A stretch of 52,492 nt of DNA from an uncultured Rhodopirellula sp. (GCA_964007735.1 CAXGAI010000031.1:1-52492); one strand, 5' to 3'; numbered from the stretch's first letter, positions 28,263-38,376 are shown. The notes: generated by a model from the letters alone, not told the origin. Made by a program: numbers and translations.

Positions 28263-28703
28263 CTAGGGTATCAAGCTCATCGTCTTACCGGTGGATGTTT
28301 TCAGGCTTGCCCGGATGATTTCCTCCATACCCTCTGAGTTGGTGAAAATCTTGGCAGTTACCTCTCCGTCCCCTTTGGTTCCCTGGACATCAAAGACAAA
28401 GACGTCATCTTCTCTGATGTGCGCAGATTTAGTCAGGCTCATATCAAATGATTTGATCTCCCCGATTTCGGCCTTAATCATCGGATGGTTCCGGACTTGG
28501 TTTTCCACCTCTGATGAGACTATATCCACACCGAAATACGTCAATCCCCCAAGACCGCCACAGCAGATCAGGAAAAATCCTCCCACCAGAACCAGGATCA
28601 GTATCACAAGAGTTTTATTAGACTTGCCCTTTGTTGGTGAAGGGGAATGAGGCGGTTGGTATTGATTTGCGACTTGCTTTTGGCCGTCAAACTGCATCAA
28701 CAA
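28263..28703 (-). CDS. Membrane-anchored hypothetical protein (Coa1-like family)
   Basis: Pro-rich N-terminus, TM helix ending CCGG, then VRNHPMIKAEIGEI and FDVQGTKGDGEV, reminiscent of bacterial Coa1-like domains. Confidence 0.65.
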   Translation of the reverse strand: MLMQFDGQKQVANQYQPPHSPSPTKGKSNKTLVILILVLVGGFFLICCGGLGGLTYFGVDIVSSEVENQVRNHPMIKAEIGEIKSFDMSLTKSAHIREDDVFVFDVQGTKGDGEVTAKIFTNSEGMEEIIRASLKTSTGKTMSLIP

Positions 28704-29034
28704 ACTCCGGATAATAAATCTTCAACTTCGCCCACGCTGGATAAAGAGCCTTGACCTCAAATGCTGCCAGTGATTTTAGATAAAGGAACATCTTCAGAAA
28801 GCAACACCAGACGTTAAGTGAGCTGAAATGACTATGCGGTCTGGTCCTTAACCGTATCTTACCTCTAACGAAGCTAAACAACCAGCATGAACAAAACTGT
28901 CAGCGGCTAAGCAATGGCGGCTGTGGAGTTGGCTGCGAATCTTCTTATTTATCTCCGCTCTCTCCATTTTCGATTTTGGTAACACGGTCCTCAGGTCACG
29001 ACGAGTGCGGTTTGAATACCTTGAGAATTAGCAT

Positions 29035-29394
29035 CTAGAGAAGGATTGGAAATGATGTCCCAGCTCCGTAGATCGCTATTATCGAAAGCTCCTTTCCCGC
29101 CACAGAATCACTCACTAAGAAAAAACAAAACAGGAGGGAAAATCCAACCGAGTACATCAAAACTTCTTTTTTGAGTCTTTTAGAGAACGTGTCCCCATTA
29201 TCGGTAAAGCTTACAGATCCACAATCGAAACACTTGTTGACCCCTTGGTAATATTGGCTCCTACACGCATTGCAGGTAATCGTTGGGTATTGTTTGATTT
29301 GCTTAAGAAATACCCACCAGCCACCAATTAGCATCGGTACGAATATGGGCGAATACCAGAGAAAGTCGTTGCTAAGATGGATTGCACAACACAA
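29035..29394 (-). CDS. Small hypothetical membrane protein with zinc ribbon
   Basis: TM segments around CNACR..CFDCG. AT-rich; start uncertain. Confidence 0.45.
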   Translation of the reverse strand: MCCAIHLSNDFLWYSPIFVPMLIGGWWVFLKQIKQYPTITCNACRSQYYQGVNKCFDCGSVSFTDNGDTFSKRLKKEVLMYSVGFSLLFCFFLVSDSVAGKELSIIAIYGAGTSFPILL

Positions 29395-29534
29395 ATCAAC
29401 GTGTTTCCAGAGCGTGTGAACTTCGTAATGTCATGCGATTTAAGAATCAGTTCAAGTTGTTTATGGCTCAGTTGCCGATGAAAGTAAGTGATAAAACAGA
29501 GATAACGATTTTCAGATACTGAGGAAGGGAGGTA

Positions 29535-29858
29535 ATGCAAATGTTTATTTGGTCGCAGTTGGATCCGAATCTAGTGGGAACGATTGGTATGCTAATCGCG
29601 GTTATCATCTTGAAGCTGGGTATGCGGGCAGCCAAAAATCCTGAGTCCGGATTGTATAAGGTTTACTCTGTTAGTTTAGCGATCATCAGATATCCACTTT
29701 GGATCTTCACAGCATTAGTTGGTGTAGCGCTTATATTTTTGTGTTTAAGCATGCCAGGAGCTGAGGGAGGTATTTTGCTTGGATTGTTTTTGTTATTTGT
29801 CGGGCTGATGGGGATTGTTCACGCTTTCAAATCACACAAGAGTGAAAAGGATGAATGA
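29535..29858 (+). CDS. Small hypothetical membrane protein (3 TM)
   Basis: GGAGG just upstream of the ATG; three hydrophobic helices. Confidence 0.6.
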   Translation: MQMFIWSQLDPNLVGTIGMLIAVIILKLGMRAAKNPESGLYKVYSVSLAIIRYPLWIFTALVGVALIFLCLSMPGAEGGILLGLFLLFVGLMGIVHAFKSHKSEKDE

Positions 29859-29896
29859 TTTCGCACCAGTTAGATATTCATTCTTTTTAGTGAAAG

Positions 29897-29970
<74 letters not shown>

Positions 29971-29989
29971 GTATGTTTTTAAGTGCCTT

Positions 29990-29998
29990 AGTATACCA
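29990..29998 (-). promoter_or_regulatory. Probable extended -10 promoter element for tRNA-Arg
   Basis: TGGTATACT on the minus strand about 20 nt upstream of the tRNA 5' end. Confidence 0.45.
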
Positions 29999-30159
29999 CT
30001 TGGAATCCTAGTCTCGAAGGCCGTCCTAGGCAGATTGAAATCCGCCGTTATTCATGGTTAACACTCGAAATGTCCATAAGTACAATCAACAGATAACTTG
30101 AGACAGAAACTAGTTCTGTTCATACGAGATTTCTTTCTTAAAAGCCAATTGAGTTAATC

Positions 30160-30765
30160 ATGATCGACTTGCAGTCCCTTAGTGAACTGATCGAATTTAG
30201 ACGTACAGTAAAGCCGATTGTGAGTATCGGTGAGTCTAACTTTTCGGAACGTCCGGTAAGCAGAGAGACAATTGAACGGTTGCTCAGTAACGCCAATTGG
30301 GCGCCAACCCATGGACTCACTGAACCCTGGCGATTTACGGTTTATCAGGGAGACTCCTTAAAAGACCTCGCAGAATTTTTGCGGCAGGCTTATACCGCTC
30401 ACACGTCGGAAGAAGAATTTAGAGAAGCCAAGCGAGAGAAGATGGCAGCCTATGCGGAATGTACTCGTGTCGCGATTGTTTTAGGAATGAAGCGACATCC
30501 CGGTAAAATCCCTGCGGAAGAAGAAGTGATGGCTGTCGCCTGTGCGGTACAAAACCTCCATCTGTCAGTAGCGGCCGAAGGACTAGGTGGATTTTGGTCT
30601 ACGGCTCCTGTCTATGACGTACCGGCAGTCAGAGCGGAATTCGGGTTCGACGGAGACGAGGATCGCTGTTTAGGGATCTTTTATTTGGGCTATCCCAAGA
30701 ACGACTGGCCAGAACGGAAAAAAGGGGCTCCACAGCCTGTCGAAGAAAAAATCATCTGGAGATAA
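30160..30765 (+). CDS. Nitroreductase family protein (YdjA-like)
   Basis: RRTVK, ANWAPTHGLTEPWRF, AVACAVQNLHL.AAEGLGGFWST, GIFYLGY. Confidence 0.88.
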   Translation: MIDLQSLSELIEFRRTVKPIVSIGESNFSERPVSRETIERLLSNANWAPTHGLTEPWRFTVYQGDSLKDLAEFLRQAYTAHTSEEEFREAKREKMAAYAECTRVAIVLGMKRHPGKIPAEEEVMAVACAVQNLHLSVAAEGLGGFWSTAPVYDVPAVRAEFGFDGDEDRCLGIFYLGYPKNDWPERKKGAPQPVEEKIIWR

Positions 30766-30771
30766 ATATCG

Positions 30772-31875
30772 ATGAAGATCGAAGCTATTCGTGTATATCA
30801 GGTAGACCTTCCTCTGCATGAAACGACTTATAAGTGGTCCGGCGGTAAATCGGTGACCGTATTTGATAGTAATGTAGTGGAAGTTATTACAGATACTGGA
30901 CTAGCCGGCTATGGCGAGTGTTGTCCGCTGGGGCCGTTTTATTTACCCGCTTATGCGGACGGTGTTCGCAGCGGCATCCGCGAATTGGCCCCACACCTTA
31001 TTGGTCAGGATCCACTAAAGCTGGGTCCCCTTAATCGCTTGATGGATCGTGCGTTGAAAGGTCATCCGTATGTAAAGTCTCCAATTGATATAGCCTGCTG
31101 GGATATCAAAGGCCAAACCGCAGGATTGCCAATTTGTGAATTGTTAGGAGGCCGTTATGGAGACGACTTTGTTCTTTATCGAGCCATCTCACAGCAGGAG
31201 CCTGAAGCGATGGCAGATAATGTGCAGAGTTATCGTGATGAAGGTTACCGTCGTTTCCAACTTAAAGTGGGTGGTGATCCCGATGTTGATATTCAACGAA
31301 TTCATAAAGTTGCTGAACGCCTACAGACCGGCGACAAACTTGTTGCTGATGCCAATACCGGCTGGCTGATGCATGAAGCAGCAAGAGTGGTACGCGGTGT
31401 GGCAGATGTCGATGTCTATATTGAACAGCCTTGCTTTAGCTATGAAGAATGCCTCTCGATTCGACGACGCACCAATCATCCTTTTGTAATGGACGAGTGT
31501 ATTGATTCGCTCGATGTTCTGATGAAAGGTTATGCCGATCAGGCTATGGATGTGGTGAATATCAAGATCAGTAAGTTTGGTGGCCTGACGAAAGCCGCTC
31601 AGGCTCGGGAGCTATGTGCTTCAATTGGCGTGGGAATGACGATCGAAGATAGTTGGGGTGGTGATATTACTACCGCAGCGATTGCGCATTTGGCACACAG
31701 TACACCCACTGAGTTGCTATTCAGTTCCACTGACTTCAATAGTTACGGACCGGTTAGCATTGCCGAAAATGCTCCGCAGCGAGTCAACGGTCGCATGCGT
31801 GCCTCGACCGATCCGGGGATGGGCTGTGCACCTCGCATGGATGTACTTGGTGAGCCTGTTCTGGAAATCAGATAA
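30772..31875 (+). CDS. cis-3-hydroxy-L-proline dehydratase (enolase superfamily, MLE subgroup)
   Basis: [85 protein letters not shown]. By recall these closely match the characterised Labrenzia aggregata enzyme, and the gene sits next to a proline racemase family gene. Confidence 0.85.
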   Translation: MKIEAIRVYQVDLPLHETTYKWSGGKSVTVFDSNVVEVITDTGLAGYGECCPLGPFYLPAYADGVRSGIRELAPHLIGQDPLKLGPLNRLMDRALKGHPYVKSPIDIACWDIKGQTAGLPICELLGGRYGDDFVLYRAISQQEPEAMADNVQSYRDEGYRRFQLKVGGDPDVDIQRIHKVAERLQTGDKLVADANTGWLMHEAARVVRGVADVDVYIEQPCFSYEECLSIRRRTNHPFVMDECIDSLDVLMKGYADQAMDVVNIKISKFGGLTKAAQARELCASIGVGMTIEDSWGGDITTAAIAHLAHSTPTELLFSSTDFNSYGPVSIAENAPQRVNGRMRASTDPGMGCAPRMDVLGEPVLEIR

Positions 31876-31879
31876 CGCT

Positions 31880-32836
31880 ATGTCAGAACCAATACGTGTT
31901 ATAGATTCACACACCGGGGGCGAGCCCACGCGGATTGTCATTTCCGGCGTTCCGGATTTGGGTGGTGGTTCCGTCTTAGAGCAAATGCAGGTTTTCAATG
32001 AAAAATTTGACGACTTACGTAGTGCTATCGTGAATGAGCCGCGAGGTTGGGATGCCATGGTTGGCGCACTGCTTGTACCTTCGGAACATCCCGAATGTGA
32101 TTACGGGATCATTTTCTTTAATAACGTCGGGTCATTGTGGATGTGTGGACATGGCACGATTGGACTTGGGGTTACACTCAAATATCTTGGACAGATCGAG
32201 TTGGGAAGTCAAAAAGTGGAGTCACCGGTAGGTGTTATCGAATTCGAGCTAGTAGACGATCATACCGTTGAGTTGACGAATATCTCCAGCTACCGATACC
32301 GCAAAGATGTTGCCATTGATGTACCGGGGTATGGTCTAGCTCAGGGCGATATCGCTTGGGGTGGAAATTGGTTCTTTTTAATGAAGGACCATAGCCAACA
32401 ACTCGAGATTGAAAATATTCCCGGGTTGACGGAATATTGTACCGCAGTGACGGCTGCATTGGCCGGTGAAGGAATTGTCGGCGAAGACGGAAAAGCCATT
32501 GATCATATTGAGCTATTTGCTGAAACAGACAATCCGAACGCCGACTCAAAGAATTTTGTATTGTGCCCCGGTTTGCAGTACGATCGTTCACCATGTGGGA
32601 CGGGAACTAGCGCCAAAGTGGCCTGTTTATTGGAAGATGGTGTCATTGCTCCGGGAGAAATTTGGCGACAGGAAAGCATTGTCGGTAGTGTATTTGAAGC
32701 TTCAGCGGTCTGGAATGAAGACGGCTCGCGTTGTATTCCAACGGTTCGGGGAACGGCGTATATTACCGCAGACGCTCAAATGATATTACAAGACGGTGAT
32801 CATCTCCGATTTGGAATTGGGAAATCGGGTAGTTAA
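31880..32836 (+). CDS. Proline racemase family protein, probable 4-hydroxyproline 2-epimerase
   Basis: Likely true start MSEPIRVIDSHTGGEPTR at 31880; EPRG; Cys/Cys catalytic pair MCGHGTIG and DRSPCGTGTSA. Confidence 0.9.
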   Translation: MSEPIRVIDSHTGGEPTRIVISGVPDLGGGSVLEQMQVFNEKFDDLRSAIVNEPRGWDAMVGALLVPSEHPECDYGIIFFNNVGSLWMCGHGTIGLGVTLKYLGQIELGSQKVESPVGVIEFELVDDHTVELTNISSYRYRKDVAIDVPGYGLAQGDIAWGGNWFFLMKDHSQQLEIENIPGLTEYCTAVTAALAGEGIVGEDGKAIDHIELFAETDNPNADSKNFVLCPGLQYDRSPCGTGTSAKVACLLEDGVIAPGEIWRQESIVGSVFEASAVWNEDGSRCIPTVRGTAYITADAQMILQDGDHLRFGIGKSGS

Positions 32837-32838
32837 CC

Positions 32839-34095
32839 ATGGCAGAGCAGAAACAGTCACACGTTATTGTCATTGGTGGCGGAGTCATCGGAGCTTCGAG
32901 CGCCTATTTTCTTCGGCAGGCCGGTTATCGCGTTACATTAATCGATAAGAATACGCTTGGTAGTCAGTGTTCACATGGAAATTGCGGCCTGATTTGTCCT
33001 AGTGATGCCTTGCCACTGGCAAGTCCCGGCGCCGTATCGAGCACCCTAAAGACTTTGTTCAAGCGGCATAACCCGCTCTATATCAAGCCGCGTGTTAGTC
33101 CTCGATTATGGTTGTGGCTAGTGAAATTTGCATTGAGGTGTAATCAGCGTCACATGTTGCAGGCGGCAGAAGCTCGTATGCCGCTACTCGAATCATCGCT
33201 GCATCTTTACCAAAGCCTGATTGAGAGGGAGCAGATTGAATGTGAATGGCAGAAGAATGGTCTGCTTTATGTATATAAAGATCAAGCTGCGATGGATTCT
33301 TATCAGGCTACAGACGAATTTCTGACCAAGCACTTTTCGTTGTCAGCCAAACGCTTTGATACTTGTGCTTTATCTGAGCTTGAACCGGCTGTTGCCGAGG
33401 ATATTGCTGGCGGTTGGTATTATGAGGAGGATGCTCATTTGCGTCCCGATCGCCTGATGTCAGAGTGGAAGCGCGTGCTGCAAAACTATGATGTCGATGT
33501 TCTCGAAGCCACGGAGGTTTTTAAATTCAAGCGGAAGGGGATTAAAGCAACCGGGGTTTTAACTCGGGATGGTGTTATAGAAGCAGACAAGTTTGTGCTT
33601 GCTGTGGGTGCGATTTCTCCACAATGGGAGAAGGAGATTGGGGCCGATCTTCCTATTCAACCGGGCAAAGGTTATTCATTGACTTATCCGAAACCGCAGT
33701 ACTCGCCACGCATCCCAATGATTTTCCCTCAGCATCGTGTTGCCATGACGCCTATGCAGTCAGGTTATCGGTTAGGTTCAACCATGGAGTTTTCAGGTTA
33801 CGACACTTCCATTAATCGACGTCGGATTGAGTTGCTAAAGAAAGGTGCTGAGCCCTACCTGCGTGAACCTTATGGTGATTATGTTGAAGAAGAATGGTAT
33901 GGTTGGCGACCCATGATCTACCACGGCATTCCCATTATTGATACCAGTCCGCGGATGGATAATGTTCTGGTTGCAACAGGACACAATATGTTGGGGCTAT
34001 CAATGGGCCCCGCGACAGGTAAGTTAGTAAGTGAGCTTGTCGCCGGCAAGCCAACGCATGTCTCAGCCAAGCCGTATCAGTTACTACGTAACTAA
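32839..34095 (+). CDS. FAD-dependent D-amino acid dehydrogenase (DadA-like; probable D-hydroxyproline dehydrogenase)
   Basis: VIGGGVIG, CSHGNCG, PGKGYS, GWRP, ATGHNMLGLSMGPATG; directly follows the epimerase gene. Confidence 0.85.
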   Translation: MAEQKQSHVIVIGGGVIGASSAYFLRQAGYRVTLIDKNTLGSQCSHGNCGLICPSDALPLASPGAVSSTLKTLFKRHNPLYIKPRVSPRLWLWLVKFALRCNQRHMLQAAEARMPLLESSLHLYQSLIEREQIECEWQKNGLLYVYKDQAAMDSYQATDEFLTKHFSLSAKRFDTCALSELEPAVAEDIAGGWYYEEDAHLRPDRLMSEWKRVLQNYDVDVLEATEVFKFKRKGIKATGVLTRDGVIEADKFVLAVGAISPQWEKEIGADLPIQPGKGYSLTYPKPQYSPRIPMIFPQHRVAMTPMQSGYRLGSTMEFSGYDTSINRRRIELLKKGAEPYLREPYGDYVEEEWYGWRPMIYHGIPIIDTSPRMDNVLVATGHNMLGLSMGPATGKLVSELVAGKPTHVSAKPYQLLRN

Positions 34096-34113
34096 AAGAG
34101 GAAGTATCGGACA

Positions 34114-35241
34114 ATGTCGTTTCAGTCTATTGCTGCGATTCCGGGTAATCCGCAGCCTCAACTTATCGCTCCGCTCGAACCGCGTAAAGTTTTACCCGGC
34201 GAAGTGATTTGTGAAACTGTTTTTTTGGGAGTTTGTGGAACGGATCGGGAGATTCTTCATGCAGGAACTCCTCACGTACCACCGGGCGACGAGAAGTTGG
34301 TCTTAGGACATGAGTGTTTAGCTCGGGTTCTTGAAGTCAGTGAAGGTGTAGAGAAAGTGAAGCCTGGGGATTTGGTTGTGCCTGCAGTTCGGCGTCCAAC
34401 CACCGGCCCAACCACGGAAGGTATCGATAGGTTTAAAATAAATCGTCGTCCGGACATGATGCCCTGGGGTGCTTATGTTGAGCGTGGCATCGTATGGGAA
34501 CATGGATTTTCACTTCCTCAGTGGATTGATCGTCCGGAGTTTCTATATCAGGTACCACAAGGTATAGAACAAGTAGCGATTCTCTCCGAACCAATTTCGG
34601 TTTCTGAGAAAGCGGTCCGCGAAGCGGCGCAGGCGCAGGCGGCACGGTTAGGTAATCAGGAGTGGGTGGATCATCCTCCCCGCGTATTCATTACGGGTAT
34701 GGGACCCATTGCTTTTGCTGCGGTTATTTGTTGCCGTGCTAGAGGTTGGGAAGTGACAGTGTTTGGCCGTGACGCTGAGGACACGTTTCGAGCCGGTCTG
34801 GTTCGTGACTTCGATGCTAAATATGTGAATGCTGATACCTTGGACTTTACTCCAAAAAGTGTCGAACAGGATGGCTTCGAATTGATTCTGGAGTGTACTG
34901 GTAATGATCGGGTGATGATGCAGGCTGCTGGCCTATTAGCCGGATGTGGCATTATGGTTTGGCTGGGTGCTTCTCGATTACCTCAGACACGTGAATTTGA
35001 TGTTAATCAGATCATGAGAAATGCGATTCTTGGTAATCATCTCTATCTTGGTACGGTAAATAATGCGCCTCAGGATATGCAGTCAGCGATCAATCATCTG
35101 GCGGGTTTGAATTCGCAATATGGTGAGACGATTGCCCGTATGATTACAGAGCAGGTAGATCCGTCTGAAAGCTTATGGCACTATACAAATCGAGAGCCAC
35201 AGGGAATTAAGACGATCGTCCGTTACGCGGGACTTAGTTAG
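34114..35241 (+). CDS. Zinc-dependent medium-chain dehydrogenase, glucose 1-dehydrogenase-like
   Basis: GVCGTDRE, LGHE, PGDLVVP.VRRP, ERGI..EHGF, LSEPIS, ITGMGPIA. No 4-Cys structural-Zn lobe. Confidence 0.8.
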   Translation: MSFQSIAAIPGNPQPQLIAPLEPRKVLPGEVICETVFLGVCGTDREILHAGTPHVPPGDEKLVLGHECLARVLEVSEGVEKVKPGDLVVPAVRRPTTGPTTEGIDRFKINRRPDMMPWGAYVERGIVWEHGFSLPQWIDRPEFLYQVPQGIEQVAILSEPISVSEKAVREAAQAQAARLGNQEWVDHPPRVFITGMGPIAFAAVICCRARGWEVTVFGRDAEDTFRAGLVRDFDAKYVNADTLDFTPKSVEQDGFELILECTGNDRVMMQAAGLLAGCGIMVWLGASRLPQTREFDVNQIMRNAILGNHLYLGTVNNAPQDMQSAINHLAGLNSQYGETIARMITEQVDPSESLWHYTNREPQGIKTIVRYAGLS

Positions 35242-35317
35242 TGGAATGCACGCCTATGACAGGTTACATTGAGCAGAGAAACAATTACCGGCGACAACAG
35301 AGAAAGAAAGATTAGTT

Positions 35318-35941
35318 ATGCGAATGGTCTTAATCCTTGTTTTGGCATTTAGCTTCCTCCTTCCATCCGCCCAAGCCGGAGAATTCAATCCGGTTTTAGA
35401 TATCAAGGATCCAGCTCCCAAGTGGACGGCTTTACCGGCCACGGATGGTAAGAAATATGCTTTTGAGGATTTCAAAGATTACGACGTGCTGGTCGTCGTA
35501 TTCACCTGTAACAGTTGTCCCTATGCGGTTGATTATGAAGATCGATTGGTGACGTTCGCCCAAGAGGCGAAAAAAGCGAATGTGGCCTTAGTGGCAATTA
35601 ACGTAAATAAAGTGGAAGAAGATCTTCTTCCTGCCATGAAAGAACGGGCAAAGCAGAAAGGCTTTAACTTCCCATATCTGTTTGATGAAACACAGGAAAT
35701 TGCTAAAAAGTACGGTGCTGGATATACACCCGAGTTTTTCGTTCTAAATAAAGAACGTCACGTTGTGTATATGGGGGCGATGGATGACAGTACGGACTCG
35801 GACAAAGTGAAAGTTCGATATCTGGAATTAGCAGTTGCGGCGGCTAAGGAGGGTAAACTTCCGGCCAAACAGGAAACCGTAGCTATCGGTTGCCGAATCA
35901 GAATCGAGCGTACGCGACGTAATCGTAGCGGTAGCAAATAG
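35318..35941 (+). CDS. Exported thioredoxin/peroxiredoxin-like protein (PRX_like1)
   Basis: Signal peptide; FTCNSCPYA, FNFPYLFDETQ, TPEFFV, YMGAMDD, IGCRI. Confidence 0.85.
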   Translation: MRMVLILVLAFSFLLPSAQAGEFNPVLDIKDPAPKWTALPATDGKKYAFEDFKDYDVLVVVFTCNSCPYAVDYEDRLVTFAQEAKKANVALVAINVNKVEEDLLPAMKERAKQKGFNFPYLFDETQEIAKKYGAGYTPEFFVLNKERHVVYMGAMDDSTDSDKVKVRYLELAVAAAKEGKLPAKQETVAIGCRIRIERTRRNRSGSK

Positions 35942-35960
35942 AATTGAGCTCGTGGTGGAA

Positions 35961-36455
35961 CTACACGACGGATACAAATGCGATGTAGTAAAATATCCAA
36001 CCGGTGATGCTTGTTAAGATCATCCCCAACGCTGAAATCCACCCCAGACGTTTATGAAGTTTGCTATGTGCATTAGGCTCAGGTGGATTGGGAAAACGTT
36101 TTATACCCAGAATGATTACCGTAGGCCAAAGCAAGAGGGTGGGGATGGCAAAGCAAAGGTGCAGGAAGAGGAAGGTGGTGATGGTTGAAAAAGAGCGATG
36201 CGGGTCTAGGTACTGTTTCCATCCAAAGATCTGCATATCAAGTTCAAAGGCGATAATGGCTATCAGCAAAACGACTGCTGTCAGGATCTGGACTTTTTTG
36301 TGAAGTTGATATTTCCCTTTTTTGGCAAGCCGGATACTCCATAATAGTATGGGAACCACGAGAAACATTGCTAAGAAAACAGCATCGAGCATCAATGACG
36401 CACGAGTGGGTAGAAAACCGGCATTCGGTGGTAGGGAATGTGCAAACAAAGTCAT
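35961..36455 (-). CDS. DUF420 family membrane protein
   Basis: 4 TM helices; KYQLHKKVQ, HLCFA, HKRLGW, TGWIFY. Confidence 0.8.
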   Translation of the reverse strand: MTLFAHSLPPNAGFLPTRASLMLDAVFLAMFLVVPILLWSIRLAKKGKYQLHKKVQILTAVVLLIAIIAFELDMQIFGWKQYLDPHRSFSTITTFLFLHLCFAIPTLLLWPTVIILGIKRFPNPPEPNAHSKLHKRLGWISALGMILTSITGWIFYYIAFVSVV

Positions 36456-36540
36456 AAATCTTCAAATCATATAAGATGCTAAAGTTTAGTCACTTCAACG
36501 CTTTTCGGCTAGATAATAATTGGAGGTGGTCGTTACGGCA

Positions 36541-38376
36541 TTACTTGACTAATTCATCGTCCTTAAAAAAGCCAGTCGACATGCCACCATTGTCGTACCA
36601 AAATGTCCAGGTACCTTCTTTTTGCCCATCGACAAATTCTCCATGAGCGGAACGACTTCCTTCTTCGTCGTACATTGTCCACAAGCCGTGTTCGTGCCCC
36701 AGATCAAAATCTCCCTCAGAAGCTAGCTTACCATTGGGATGGTAAAATCTCCACGTTCCATGACGCAGGCCATAGTCGTAGGTTCCTTTGGAGTCCAGCG
36801 ACCCGTCATCTCGAAAGTGCTGCCACTCTCCATGGGGCTGACCACTGTGGTATGCTCCTTTGGCTCGAAAGTCTACATGAGCCAGTACAACCAGATTGGT
36901 GAGGGCTCTAACGTCTCTCGTACCTGCTGCTCCATGGAATACGATTTCCTTTATTTTTAGTTGCTTTGCTGTGGGTAAATCGACACTGGCAGGGTTGTGG
37001 GTTTGTAAATAACGAATGGTGTGCAGTTGTTGATTGAAATATTGCGCGGTTCCCATCTGGCGATAAAGCAATAACCAGCGAGACGACTCAAAGCGGATTG
37101 GCTTCTCAGGTATCCGGGGCTGATCGTCCACTGTAGTACGCGTTGTATTGCCTCGCAGAAGATCTACGAATTCACCGTTTTCATCTCTTCCTTCCAGTAA
37201 ATAGCGATAACAAAGTTGGCTTGGGATGTGGAACATCGTCCACGTTTGATCCATTCGTAATTGGTGAACGCTCCAGTTAACTTTGTATTGCATCTGCACT
37301 AGTTCGCCGTGTAAGAGCATTTGCCAGGAGGCGAAAAAGAGCATGCAAGCTAAGCCAAGTCCGGCGCAGCATTCGGTCAGCTTTTCGGTATGTGATAGCG
37401 GCTGGTGAGGGAACTCTATGGCGGTATCCTCTTTGCTTCCTTTAGGTTTGTCCACGGAATGAGAGTTGTGTAGCCGTCTTGAGATTAATTGTAAAGGAGC
37501 GTAATTCCATAAGAGTGACGGGGTGATTGCCAGTAAGCCTGCGATACTGATAGGCGAAAACCCGAGTACTTCCATTGTGAGAAAGATACCGGTATGCAGT
37601 CCGATGAATAAGATTACTCCGACACTTCGAAATCGTTGCGTTGCCACCGGGCTGAGAAGCAGAACTGGTGCGGCGAGTTCAATAACTAACGTTCCGTAGG
37701 TAAGCAGTTTAAGGATACCTGGGTATTGAGTTAACCAAATCCCAAGTGGTTTGGTGAGGGCATGATCATCCATGATCACAAAAAGAGCCGTACCGTCATG
37801 CCATTCCGGATTCCATTTGTAGATTCCCGTGAGCGTATACATGACCACAAACTGCAGCAGGATTCCAACGGTTGCCAAACTGCAGTGTGTTGTTATGGAT
37901 GAGGTAGTGGACTTCTTAAGTTTGGAATCCAGACTTAGAAAACGACCCGATGGAATCCACATCAACCAAAACAACATGGATGACATGAGCATATCACCGC
38001 CGGTTAGTAATACGGGCGCTCTAGCGATCAGCGATCCAAACAAAATCCAGCAGCCTGCTGCGGCAATCCGCGACTTGAACCCCAGCAGTAACCCGCAGGC
38101 AAAGACTAAATGAATTCCAAACAGAAAAAGTTGATAAGGGTCACTCTCTACAAGTAAGTGGAGTGACCAGGTGGGCATATTAGCATAGTATTCCTGTGCC
38201 GAGGCAAACGGGATGACGCCATCAACCGAGTAGAAGTGCCGAAATTGAATGAGCCGGTCGATCAGATCACCAATCAGAACACATGCGACGGCCATCCGCA
38301 TTAACGCTATCGAGCGCAGGTCGAGCCTGAATATTCGCTTTAACTCGTTCACAATTTGGTGCTCACTTCTCTTCAA
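36541..38376 (-). CDS. HTTM-domain membrane protein fused to C-terminal MORN-variant repeats
   Basis: DLRSIALMR, YSVDGVIP, ARAP..LTGGD, LSLD, LQFVVMY..TGIYK..W.DG, LHTGI, DQTWTMF (HTTM). C-terminal repeats GEWQHFRDDGSL.SKG.Y..G..HGTW.FYHPNGKL. Confidence 0.8.
   Translation of the reverse strand: MKRSEHQIVNELKRIFRLDLRSIALMRMAVACVLIGDLIDRLIQFRHFYSVDGVIPFASAQEYYANMPTWSLHLLVESDPYQLFLFGIHLVFACGLLLGFKSRIAAAGCWILFGSLIARAPVLLTGGDMLMSSMLFWLMWIPSGRFLSLDSKLKKSTTSSITTHCSLATVGILLQFVVMYTLTGIYKWNPEWHDGTALFVIMDDHALTKPLGIWLTQYPGILKLLTYGTLVIELAAPVLLLSPVATQRFRSVGVILFIGLHTGIFLTMEVLGFSPISIAGLLAITPSLLWNYAPLQLISRRLHNSHSVDKPKGSKEDTAIEFPHQPLSHTEKLTECCAGLGLACMLFFASWQMLLHGELVQMQYKVNWSVHQLRMDQTWTMFHIPSQLCYRYLLEGRDENGEFVDLLRGNTTRTTVDDQPRIPEKPIRFESSRWLLLYRQMGTAQYFNQQLHTIRYLQTHNPASVDLPTAKQLKIKEIVFHGAAGTRDVRALTNLVVLAHVDFRAKGAYHSGQPHGEWQHFRDDGSLDSKGTYDYGLRHGTWRFYHPNGKLASEGDFDLGHEHGLWTMYDEEGSRSAHGEFVDGQKEGTWTFWYDNGGMSTGFFKDDELVK

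Noticed and set aside
28848..28967. Minus-strand peptide MERAEINKKIRSQLHSRHCLAADSFVHAG, faintly like a tyrosine-recombinase HxLRH box, inside the tRNA islet
   Set aside because: Motif spacing is wrong, there is no LGH or catalytic Tyr region, and it is only 39 codons. Cannot be supported without a tBLASTn/HMM hit.
31658..31879. 74-aa N-terminal extension of the proline racemase ORF
   Set aside because: It overlaps the dehydratase gene in another frame. The family N-terminus (IDSHTGGEPTR) begins right after ATG 31880.
36541..36850. MORN/YwqK repeats as the antitoxin of a toxin-antitoxin pair
   Set aside because: The repeats are fused to a membrane protein and there is no adjacent toxin-like gene.
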